From the NCBI GenBank assembly GCA_051439605.1, contig JBFRWN010000123.1, positions 1 through 31,246 on the forward strand: a stretch of DNA of 31,246 nt, written 5' to 3'. Made by a program: the position numbers and the translations under genes. Positions 1 through 8,904 of the stretch are shown here, piece by piece; position 1 is the stretch's first letter, and the number at the start of each line of letters is the position of its first letter. The stretch comes from Synechococcus sp. (GTDB lineage: Bacteria; Cyanobacteriota; Cyanobacteriia; Thermostichales; PCC-7336). The notes under the pieces were generated by a model. The model was given only the letters and a program-made list of their open reading frames with translations. It had not been told where the DNA came from and ran no database searches.

Positions 1-516
1 GCTGAGGAAAAAGGTTTCAGGACTCTGTACTCATGTAGCTGCAAACATGGCCAGTCACACCCTGAGAATTTTACTGCGTCAGCGGTTTGGGATTGATGTA
101 CTCACCTTTGAGCAAACCCATCAACCCCGCCCTCTAGAATTCACATAAGCCGCTTGATACATTCCAGCAGGCAGTATTGGTCCCAATTCTGGTTTGAGTG
201 TCAGGGAAAAGCGCCCCCTATGTTAGGAAAAGGCGAGCTCTTTCACTCGATCGAGACCACAGTCATTCATTTTTCACTGTCAGGGTAAGCTGCAGCTTCA
301 GTCAATTGTTGAAACCCATCGGCACAGTGTCGACTCCCAGCTCTTACTGTCAAGTTTTGTCGCTCGAACGTTAACGAATATTGCTGTCAAAGCGATGGAA
401 TCTGAACCCGTCGCATACTGCAAGAGGATTGTGCAGGAATCATCAAGCTATCTCTCGTATCTGCGTTTACGCAGTGTTATTGTGAGCCTCCTGCACGTTG
501 TAAGGAGCAACTGGTC

Positions 517-1395
517 ATGCAGCTATTACGTCAAATTCTAGTGGCAGTCGATGCGTCGGGCGAGTCCGTCAAACAGGCCAAAGCTCTGCTCAACGCCCTC
601 AGTTCCGCCGTCTCAGCCGTTACCCTTTTGCACGTTGTCCCCACCACCCAATTCACCACTTCGATGATGTCTGGAGGCGGCGGTGACAAGCAAGCGGAAG
701 CCCGCAGAATCTTGGACAATGCCAGTAAGATCCTAGCGGATATCCAAAATTGCACGATTTCCGAGCGGCTAGAAGAAGGGGATCCCAAAACAACGGTATT
801 GCGTGTAGCAGAAGAGATTGATGCCTCTCTCATTGTTATGGGGGGGCGCAGCATGAATCGTTTGGTCTCCATCCTCAAAAATTCGGTTAGTCAATATGTT
901 TTTCAACTGTCTACCCGCCCGCTGATGATTGTGCGAGAGGGGACGCAAACCTCCAAGCTGTATCGGATTATGGTGGCACTTGATGGTTCGGAGGCTTCCA
1001 CTCAAGCCCTCAATATTGCGACAGAATTGATCCAAGGAAGCGCGGGTTCCCAATTGATGTTGGTGCGGGTTATTTCTGGTCGCTCAGCAGCCAGTTACCA
1101 AAAAATGCCAGAGAATCCGGAAAAAGATGATGAAGTTCTGGCCGCTGCGATCGCCAAGGTAAAAGCAGAAAAGGTTGCTTATCGAGTCTATTTCAGTCTA
1201 GGAGAGCCAGGTCGAGAAATTTCTTTGCTGTCCGGTGAAACGGGGGCGGACTTGCTGATTATGGGGTCCCCCGATCGCCGCCCCACCATCGCCAAAAACC
1301 TCCCGGATCTCGAACGACTATTAGGCAACTCGGTGTCGGATTACGTGCGCGTCCACGCCCAATGCCCGGTGTTAATGACCCGTCCTATGGCGTAA
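517..1395 (+). CDS. Tandem-domain universal stress protein
   Basis: Two USP domains (ILVAVDAS...GDPKTTVLRVAEEIDASLIVMGGR and IMVALDGS...GADLLIMGS...LLGNSVSDYVRVHAQCPVL); AAGGAG RBS at 502-507. Confidence 0.9.
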   Translation: MQLLRQILVAVDASGESVKQAKALLNALSSAVSAVTLLHVVPTTQFTTSMMSGGGGDKQAEARRILDNASKILADIQNCTISERLEEGDPKTTVLRVAEEIDASLIVMGGRSMNRLVSILKNSVSQYVFQLSTRPLMIVREGTQTSKLYRIMVALDGSEASTQALNIATELIQGSAGSQLMLVRVISGRSAASYQKMPENPEKDDEVLAAAIAKVKAEKVAYRVYFSLGEPGREISLLSGETGADLLIMGSPDRRPTIAKNLPDLERLLGNSVSDYVRVHAQCPVLMTRPMA

Positions 1396-1513
1396 TGTCC
1401 TGATGGAATTGCCAGTCGACGGGGCTTGCAGATGCCGACATCTCTTTCTCCGACCTATCCAGAAGCAATCCCGCTAGAGTAGGACAGCATCTTATTCCTG
1501 CTCTAGTTTTTTC

Positions 1514-2905
1514 ATGGCCACCACCCATCTCGACACCATCGCCGCGATATCTACAGCTATTGTGCCCGCCCAGGGATCGGTGGGCATAGTGCGATTGTCT
1601 GGGCAGAATTCATTAGCAATTGCTCAACAGGTATTTGTGCCAGCCGGCAAGCCCCCTTGGGAGAGCCATCGCATTTTGTACGGCACCATCGTTGACTGTG
1701 CTGGGAGCATGATTGACGAAGCGTTGGCCTTCTGGATGCAAGGGCCACGCTCCTTTACCCGCGAAGATGTTGTGGAGTTTCATTGCCATGGCGGGATTAT
1801 TGTGGTGCAGCGGGTCTTGCAGGCTTGCCTGCAGCAGGGGGCCAGACTAGCCGAACCTGGGGAATTTACACTGCGGGCATTTTTGAATGGTCGTATTGAT
1901 TTGACCCAAGCAGAAAGCGTTTCTCAACTGGTGGGGGCACAGTCAGCACAGGCGGCAGAACTAGCTTTGGCTGGTATTCGGGGAAAGTTAGCCCAGCCAA
2001 TTCGCACTCTACGATCTCGCTGTCTGCAAGTGCTGGCAGAGGTGGAAGCCCAAATTGATTTTGAAGACGATCTCCCCCCCCTCGATGAACCGCAACTGAT
2101 TCGAGAGTTAGAAAGTATTCAAGCTCGGGTGGCTGATATTTTGGCAACTGCAGAGCGGGGGGAGCTTTTGCGACAGGGCATTGAGGTGGCCATTGTTGGG
2201 CAGCCCAATGTGGGTAAATCAAGTCTATTGAATGCCTGGAGCGGATGCGATCGCGCGATTGTAACCGAGCTGCCAGGAACTACGCGGGATGTGGTGGAAT
2301 CGCAGTTAGTGGTGGATGGCATGCCGGTGCGAGTATTGGATACTGCCGGTATTAGAGAAACCGATAATCTTGTTGAGACATTAGGCATCGAGCGCTCGTT
2401 GCAGGTTGCTCGAACAGCTGACCTGGCGATCTTAGTCATTTCAGCATCTCAGGGATGGACTGCTAGGGATATGACAATTTTTGAGGCCATTCGCGATCGG
2501 CCCATGTTGCTAGCGATTAACAAAATCGATCTCGCTCAATTGGATATAGCCCAGTTCCCAGAAGCAGTGACTCAATTGCCCCACATTCGCACTCAACTGC
2601 ACCCCCCTGCTGCAGCCACTGCCAGTATTCGGCGGTTGGAGTCAGCAATCTCTCACATTATTGGTTGTGGATCCGTCACTGCAAGCAATTTTGATGTGGC
2701 TGTCAACCAGCGGCAAAAGGCCGCCTTACTGCGGGCCCAAACATCACTTTGCAAGGTTATCCAAACCATTCAAGACGCTCTTCCCTTAGATTTTTGGACA
2801 ATCGATCTGCGGGACTGTATCCAAGCTCTGGGGGAAATTACTGGCGAAGAGGTGACGGAGTCCGTTTTAGATCTCATTTTCAGCCAGTTTTGTATTGGCA
2901 AATAG
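1514..2905 (+). CDS. mnmE: tRNA modification GTPase MnmE/TrmE
   Basis: [10 protein letters not shown]-terminus, [29 protein letters not shown]-loop, DTAGIR, NKID, C-terminal FCIGK. Confidence 0.97.
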   Translation: MATTHLDTIAAISTAIVPAQGSVGIVRLSGQNSLAIAQQVFVPAGKPPWESHRILYGTIVDCAGSMIDEALAFWMQGPRSFTREDVVEFHCHGGIIVVQRVLQACLQQGARLAEPGEFTLRAFLNGRIDLTQAESVSQLVGAQSAQAAELALAGIRGKLAQPIRTLRSRCLQVLAEVEAQIDFEDDLPPLDEPQLIRELESIQARVADILATAERGELLRQGIEVAIVGQPNVGKSSLLNAWSGCDRAIVTELPGTTRDVVESQLVVDGMPVRVLDTAGIRETDNLVETLGIERSLQVARTADLAILVISASQGWTARDMTIFEAIRDRPMLLAINKIDLAQLDIAQFPEAVTQLPHIRTQLHPPAAATASIRRLESAISHIIGCGSVTASNFDVAVNQRQKAALLRAQTSLCKVIQTIQDALPLDFWTIDLRDCIQALGEITGEEVTESVLDLIFSQFCIGK

Positions 2906-2964
2906 CCGTGTCCGGTCAGTCGTAGCGGGATGCAGGTCCTATGAATGGGGGGTTTCAAGAGGAT

Positions 2965-2990
2965 AAAAAACGACTGCCATCTGGCAGCCG
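2965..2990 (-). terminator. Probable intrinsic terminator of infC
   Basis: Minus strand CGGCTGCC-AGAT-GGCAGTCG followed by TTTTTT, about 35 nt after the infC stop. Confidence 0.7.
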
Positions 2991-3025
2991 CAGCGATAGC
3001 GATACGTTTAAGAATCGCACACTGA

Positions 3026-3568
3026 TTAGGCTTTGCGGGGGCCTAAAATCATGATCATGTTGCGCCCCTCTTTTTTAGGACGCTGCTGGACTTCAGCCAG
3101 TTCTCCTAGGTCTTTAGCCAAGCGATCGAGTAATTTGTAGGCCAAGTCAGTATGTTGAATTTCTCGGCCCTTGAAGATCACAGAGGCTTTAACTTTATCC
3201 CCATGTTTTAGGAATTTCTCTGCGCTGCGGAGGCGCACGTTGTAATCGTGCTCTTCAATCTTGTAACGCATTTTGACCTCTTTCACATCAGAGGTATGTT
3301 GCTTCTTTTTCGCTTCGCGGGCTTTCTTCTCTTGTTCGAACTTGAACTTACCGTAGTCCATGATTCGACACACCGGCGGATCGGCAGTTTCGCTCACCAA
3401 CACAAGATCTAGATCTTTATCGCGCGCAATTTGCCGAGCTTCGTCGGGGCTCATGATTCCAAGCTGAGTTCGATCCTCATCAATCACTCGGATCTTGGGA
3501 AAGCGAATGCGCTCGTTGATATTGGGAAGATCTCGTCTGACGCGACGAGGACTCGGGGGTCTGGCCAA
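3026..3568 (-). CDS. infC: Translation initiation factor IF-3 (non-ATG start; TTG 3568 or TTG 3595)
   Basis: [47 protein letters not shown]...FKGRE; no in-frame ATG before the conserved region. Confidence 0.96.
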   Translation of the reverse strand: MARPPSPRRVRRDLPNINERIRFPKIRVIDEDRTQLGIMSPDEARQIARDKDLDLVLVSETADPPVCRIMDYGKFKFEQEKKAREAKKKQHTSDVKEVKMRYKIEEHDYNVRLRSAEKFLKHGDKVKASVIFKGREIQHTDLAYKLLDRLAKDLGELAEVQQRPKKEGRNMIMILGPRKA

Positions 3569-4065
3569 GTGGTTAAATAGTCCTGTTAGAAACAACAGTA
3601 GCGAAGCGGAGGTCTCCTAGAGCTAGTCAAGGAGTTAATACTTCGCCGTTAGTAGCAATACTAGCCTGATGCTTGCGCTGCCACTATTCATTGTTTCCCA
3701 ATTTTAGCAAAGACTTTCAAATTGCTAACAACGAGAACTGTTTACAGCCATTCTCATAATGCAAAAATCCCACTCAATTAAACTGATGTTGTCTTCTTCA
3801 GGAGCTTGTTACGCTGACCTTCTCGGTCAAATTCTGATTGCACTGTCGAGAATTCGCTCAAAATGAGAACTGCGCCTGTCGTTGCGGCTAGTCTAGGAAA
3901 TTTCAGGTGTGGCGACTGTAAAGTCGCTGAGGGTACACAGCTATCCAGAACCCTGGCTAGGCATAGACCTATCTGTCCTAATTGAAATGGCGACAGGACT
4001 ATTCCATCGGCCAAGAGTGCAACCCATTTCACGGTCTGTAGCAAACCTGTATTGAAGGGTTCGAG

Positions 4066-4284
4066 TTACCAAGGTAATTCTTCGCCATTGGCATTCCAAA
4101 ATTTGCCCCTGGTCTCCAACGTCAACTCATCTATGCGGGCCAACAACCCCTTCACCGACTCTGTTGGGATAATCCCTTGACGGGTGAAATGGGTCATCCC
4201 GGTACCCGCCGAGTCTTCGTACTGGGTGGGTGTGTTGTCGAGATCGTTGAAGCGATTGGCCCCTGTAATAACGTCAGTTCCCAT
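4066..4284 (-). pseudogene. Internally deleted short-chain dehydrogenase (CsgA/C-factor-like SDR) remnant
   Basis: 72 aa: SDR-like start VITGANR joined to an SDR C-terminus MTHFT..GI.PTESVKGLLARIDELTLETRGKFWNANGEELPW; no YxxxK catalytic motif. Confidence 0.7.
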
Positions 4285-4481
4285 AGCTGTTTAACCGCTG
4301 TTACTACTGACCTTTACTCAGATAACATTGCCCTGCGGAATGGTGGCGATCGTTCCACTGAGGACTAGCATCAGCAGAAATCACTGATTGGGCCTGACGC
4401 TAGCTGAACCAAAAGAAATGGTTACAGCTATAACTAAAATGTCATGAACTAGAGGAAGCACTGTGGATACGGGGATAGGGA

Positions 4482-5036
4482 ATGATTGCTCGAAACAGTT
4501 CTGAACAGAACATCCTTAAGTTCTTAGTCCCTTGGTGGTGGTTAAGGCTGCTGGCGATCGCCCTGTTGCTGGTATGCTGTTGCTCGTTTCCTGTCTCACC
4601 CACCGCTGAGGCCCGACTAGATCGCGAGCAGGAGGTGTCAGGACCGATGCTGTACCGCTCATTCCAGTCGCTGCGGGATGCAGAGGGGCGACCCTGGCAG
4701 GCAATCGCCTTTAAGAGAGTGTTCGCAGATGGCCATTCGACATTTTTTCTGCGGTTGGTGGGGTATCCAGATAAAGACATGATTGTTATGCGCCAACAGC
4801 CACTGATGATGACGAATGTCCGAGGACAAACATTTCAGGCACCAGATAGTTCCAACTTGGTCTTCACCGACAACAGTGTTCCAGATTCTGTTGGCCAGTA
4901 CGATATCGCCGCTGTTGTCACACAACTCTCCACCATCATCCCCCTCAAACTTACCCTCCCCACAACTCGTGAAAACATCTCAATTGCCGTAACCCCCAGC
5001 ACAATCAAAGAATGGCAAATAATAGCCGACATGTAA
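4482..5036 (+). CDS. DUF3122-family cyanobacterial exported protein
   Basis: Hydrophobic signal ending AEA, then LYRSFQSLRD...WQAIAFKR...LRLVGYP...VGQYD. Confidence 0.75.
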   Translation: MIARNSSEQNILKFLVPWWWLRLLAIALLLVCCCSFPVSPTAEARLDREQEVSGPMLYRSFQSLRDAEGRPWQAIAFKRVFADGHSTFFLRLVGYPDKDMIVMRQQPLMMTNVRGQTFQAPDSSNLVFTDNSVPDSVGQYDIAAVVTQLSTIIPLKLTLPTTRENISIAVTPSTIKEWQIIADM

Positions 5037-5060
5037 CAGATTGAAGAAACTCATTTTACA

Positions 5061-5088
5061 TTAGGGGCCAATTTATCGAACTGACGTT
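5061..5088. repeat. Isolated degenerate end of the repeat element seen at 30920-31054
   Basis: ttaggggccaatt-tatcgaactgacgtt aligns with tgaggggctaattctatcgaactggcgtt (31026-31054); the terminal 14-mers are 13/14 identical. Confidence 0.55.
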
Positions 5089-5132
5089 GATAAGGAACTA
5101 CCCAATGTCCTACTTTTCAAGGGCCGTTAATG

Positions 5133-5378
5133 CTAGCTCTTGCCTGTGACTTCCACAATCGCAGAAATATCTACCATTCCCTCAGGCACAAGCCAGGTGC
5201 GATCGTCGACAGTGACGCGATCGCCTGCCACCAGTTTTTTGCGACGTCGGGTTTCTTCCAGCCCATTCACCAACACAAGTCCGTTTTGCACCATAAACTT
5301 GGCCTGCCCTCCGGTGGCGGCAGCCCCAACCAGCTTGATAAACTGCCCCAGTTCTACAACGGGTTGGAGATCGTTCAT
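5133..5378 (-). CDS. Small S4-domain RNA-binding protein (YaaA/YbcJ-like)
   Basis: LGQFIKLVGAAATGGQAKFMVQNGLVLVNGLEETRRRKKLVAGDRV. Confidence 0.88.
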   Translation of the reverse strand: MNDLQPVVELGQFIKLVGAAATGGQAKFMVQNGLVLVNGLEETRRRKKLVAGDRVTVDDRTWLVPEGMVDISAIVEVTGKS

Positions 5379-5471
5379 TATTAGAGTCCAAAATCGTGAA
5401 GAAGGCTAAGTCATCACGTCCAGTTACCCTCTCATTCCTCCTGATGGAGGATGTAACTGAACAGTAGACAA

Positions 5472-5792
5472 TTACTCTCCCTCCATGCCCATTTCATTTG
5501 CCTCAGCAAAGCGTTCCATAAATCTGAGGAACCGCTCCCAATCTTCTGGGGAAGGGATAGTGTAGACGGCCTCAATGGCTGCAAACTTCCCATCTGCGAA
5601 CTTAGCGCGAACATCACGGGTGACCAACTCCCCCTCTTCATCGATCATGAACATCCCAGGCACTTCGAACATGTCTGTTACGGGATCTTCGAAAATAAAG
5701 ACAGCCGAACCGCGGCTGCCATCTTTACTGCGCATAACACGCACATTGGTGGGGATCTCAGCCACCCCTGGCGTAAGCTCAATTTTTGCCAT
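5472..5792 (-). CDS. psb28: Photosystem II assembly protein Psb28
   Basis: VRVMRSKDGSRGSAVFIFEDP, GMFMIDEEGELVTRDV.AKF..GK...IEAVY...WERFLRFMERFAEAN; start placed at ATG 5792. Confidence 0.93.
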   Translation of the reverse strand: MAKIELTPGVAEIPTNVRVMRSKDGSRGSAVFIFEDPVTDMFEVPGMFMIDEEGELVTRDVRAKFADGKFAAIEAVYTIPSPEDWERFLRFMERFAEANEMGMEGE

Positions 5793-6089
5793 TTGGTCGT
5801 TGCATATTATTGAGTTCTGTCGCTCTATCATACGACATTGGTTAAATGGTCATTGCCGAGAAGGGCACAGCCCAGACCGTTACCCCCCTCTCAAACCTTG
5901 GTGGTCTCTACCCTTGAAATGTCCAGAGGTAAGCAGTTGCCAACGCCTCCAGAGAATCTAAACTCTTCTAGGCCAGATCCAGAATTCAAAAACGTGAACA
6001 GCTATTGTGCTCGACTATAAGGCGCACAACTCGCTACCAGCGCTGCCTATTGGCAGACAGCAATATCCATACACCGCACTTCCGTTGCT

Positions 6090-6440
6090 ATGTCCGACCC
6101 AGAAGCCATTACCCCCATCACTTCTATCCACTTAGAGAGTCCAGCCCCCCAACCTCCCTCCACTATGCTGGGGACTTTAGCTCAAATCATCCAACAACTG
6201 CAGCCGCCAACTCCTCCTACCGATCCCATCGCCCACATCCGCGCACTGGAAGATGCTTATCAGCACAACTGGATTTTGGGGACTAGCGAGCTGGCCCAGT
6301 TGTTAAAAATCTCTCCGAAGACATTGGCTCGTCACGAAAAAATTGAGCGTTATGGTTTTGCCTGCGAGCGAGCTGGTCAAAACGGTACCGAGTTAGGATG
6401 GAAAATTCGCAAGCCTAAGTCCAAAGGCAAAAAAAAGTAG
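6090..6440 (+). CDS. Hypothetical protein with a predicted (winged) helix-turn-helix
   Basis: Pro-rich N-terminus, then ALEDAYQHNWILGTSELAQLLKISPKTL and a basic C-terminal tail. Confidence 0.65.
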   Translation: MSDPEAITPITSIHLESPAPQPPSTMLGTLAQIIQQLQPPTPPTDPIAHIRALEDAYQHNWILGTSELAQLLKISPKTLARHEKIERYGFACERAGQNGTELGWKIRKPKSKGKKK

Positions 6441-7282
6441 CAACAGCCCCTACTCCTTGCCAGTCTAGTGGCAGAGATCGGACAGCCAAAGCAACACAAA
6501 CAAATCAAACCAGGGATCTAGGTCCAGCCCACATCTTGGGCATAGTGTTTCCTAGACAAAATTAGATAGTAATTTTCAACGACGACATCACCCACAAACG
6601 TGCCGCCGTTCCAACACCAGAACTTCAATAAAAAACGTAACAAAGGCCGTGAATCCCTACAAACAATCATTAAATTTTAGTATTCTGCATCCATCCATCA
6701 TTCGACTCATGTTGCTCAGTCACCATCAAGTCAGCGATATAACTTAAATTATTTTTTTTTTGAAACAATAAAAACCAGGCAAACAACGATCGCGCATTCT
6801 TATGAAGATTGGGATTGATAACAAAGAAAATCCGATGAATAAAGCCTGTTGTCAACCCTAAAACTTGCAGTTAGCATTCAGTACACAATCATGTGGTTGT
6901 ATCGCGTTCAAAAAAGGGGGTCTGGCTCATTTTGAAATCTACTGCAGCCAATTCAGTCACTTTATGAGTCCCTGAATAATTAACTGTTAAATGGCATTGT
7001 CGATCTTGTCTCTTGAGAACTTTTGTGATTGCACAGGAGATCGCTTCCAGGTTCGCCTAGTGTTTTAGGCCTAGATATCCCGATCCATTTACCACAGGGC
7101 GCTTGAATTGCAGCAGATGACAACCGATAGCGATATTCAGAACCCCAGATAGCTAGTCAAGAAAACTTCAGTAGTTCAGAAATTACATTGTTCTGTCGCT
7201 GCCCTACTGTTTGTTGCCCCCACAACATCCCGTTACAACTACTCTCCCCCCAACAAAAAATAATAAACCGGAGCAGCTAGGC

Positions 7283-7864
7283 ATGACAATCATCCCACCA
7301 CGAGAGGCATTAGAGGGAACGCCTCTTATACCCATTGCGCAAGCGATCGCTCAACTATCTCCCCCCCTCCAGAAACAAAACATTTCCTTCCGAGCCATAA
7401 AATTCGCTCAAGATTCGGATTTTCTGGCTCGAGTTTACGCTTCTACCAGGGAGACAGAACTCAGTCTTGTGGATTGGTCTGCCGAACAAAAGTCTGAATT
7501 CCTGCAAATGCAGTTTCTAGCTCAGCATGACTATTATCAGCAACACTACAAAAATGCGGAATTCTTAGCGATCTATAAGGGAGATCGCCCAATAGGGCGA
7601 CTCTATATCGAGCGGGGAGGGAAGGAGCTTCGAATCATCGATATCGCCTTGCTAAGACAGGCCCGCAACCGAGGAATTGGTTCGAGTATCCTGAAGGCAG
7701 TTTTGTCCCACGCCCAATACCTGCGATTAGCCGTTCGCATCCACATCGAACAATTCAACCCCGCCATGCGCCTTTACCGCAGGTTGGGATTCCGCCAAAT
7801 CGGCATAGCAGGCGTCTATCACTTGATGGAGTGGTTGCCATTCAGCGAGTCTGAGACAGCTTAA
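7283..7864 (+). CDS. GNAT family N-acetyltransferase
   Basis: IIDIALLRQARNRGIGS acetyl-CoA motif, NPAMRLYRRLGF; start placed at ATG 7283 after GGAG (the ORF is open from 7211). Confidence 0.88.
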   Translation: MTIIPPREALEGTPLIPIAQAIAQLSPPLQKQNISFRAIKFAQDSDFLARVYASTRETELSLVDWSAEQKSEFLQMQFLAQHDYYQQHYKNAEFLAIYKGDRPIGRLYIERGGKELRIIDIALLRQARNRGIGSSILKAVLSHAQYLRLAVRIHIEQFNPAMRLYRRLGFRQIGIAGVYHLMEWLPFSESETA

Positions 7865-7944
7865 TCGTCTATAGCGACAGTCTAGTCTTCAGAAGATAAC
7901 CCCCCTCAGTCGCATAACAGTCCAAGCCCCATTGGCGGGACAAG

Positions 7945-8775
7945 CTATCGACGCCGGAAGCTACCGACTGTAACCTCTTTCACCAAGGCCATAACAGCTG
8001 CCCTGGTAAGCTTCTCTTCACCACGCTCGAGGGCATCTAGAGTGGCATGGGCTAGGGCAAGTGGAATACGACAAAACTCGTAGGTCGGACCTTTTGGCAA
8101 CGCATCGGTATATCGATCTGCTAACGATAAGTTGTAGCGGGCATATTGCTGCATTTCATCGACAGTCCAGTCGTCTGGGAAGAAACTTACTCCCCGTACG
8201 CCGTCTTCTTTGTAATTCCTGAGGATGTTCACGGACTGCAGTCCTCGACCAAACCCTAAAGCAAGCCCGCGATCGGTCTTCGTTCCATCGTGCCACTGCC
8301 ATAGGTCAGACAACATCAGTCCTACAGCACCCGCAACGCTGAAGGTATAGCTGTCTAGATCTGCCTTTGTGTAAATCATCCAGTTTACATCTGCCCAGTA
8401 GGCCATTCGATCTGCCATTGCTGCTGTGGCATCCCAAATACGGGGAGCAATATCCGCAGGGGCCAACAGTGCCCATTCCCCCACCCGCAGGCTGACTTCA
8501 GGCAGTACATCCCGATACTCTTCGAGACCGGCAGCCAAGTCATCGGCGGAGGAATCAGCCACAGCGGCCTGTAGGTTGAGACTCACTTGTCTCAATAACT
8601 TGGATTTAATGGCGTTATCTAACTCGGGATGATCTTCGATTTCATCGATCGCCCTCATGCAAAGGTAGGCAGATGACACGGCCTCAAGCAGGCCATCCGG
8701 CAGGCGGCTAATTGGAATAAAAAACGTTCGGCTCGTCTTTTCCAGAATGTCTAACGCATTTTTGCGTATGTTCAT
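7945..8775 (-). CDS. sqs: Squalene synthase (phytoene/squalene synthase family, cyanobacterial Sqs type)
   Basis: TSRTFFIPI, AYLCMRAIDEIEDH, YTFSVAGAVG, GRGLQSVNILRN..ED..RG; start ATG 8775 with GAGGA RBS. Confidence 0.85.
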   Translation of the reverse strand: MNIRKNALDILEKTSRTFFIPISRLPDGLLEAVSSAYLCMRAIDEIEDHPELDNAIKSKLLRQVSLNLQAAVADSSADDLAAGLEEYRDVLPEVSLRVGEWALLAPADIAPRIWDATAAMADRMAYWADVNWMIYTKADLDSYTFSVAGAVGLMLSDLWQWHDGTKTDRGLALGFGRGLQSVNILRNYKEDGVRGVSFFPDDWTVDEMQQYARYNLSLADRYTDALPKGPTYEFCRIPLALAHATLDALERGEEKLTRAAVMALVKEVTVGSFRRR

Positions 8776-8904
8776 TCCGTTTGTCCTCACACAACTCACA
8801 TTGAGCATACAGTTACCATTGGTTACACGCTAGAACTGTCATCAGCTCTATTGAAGATGCAAATTCAACAATCTCTCAAGCTAAGAGCACCAGACACCAG
8901 CAAT

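Noticed and set aside
3778..4044. 88-aa minus-strand ORF
   Set aside because: No recognisable domain or RBS; cannot be supported from sequence alone
4052..4070. tRNA fragment or att site (GGGTTCGAGT)
   Set aside because: No complementary T-stem, acceptor stem or cloverleaf
7945..8775. Phytoene synthase crtB
   Set aside because: Motifs fit the cyanobacterial squalene synthase type (TSRTF, CMRAIDEIED) better than CrtB (CRRTDELVD)
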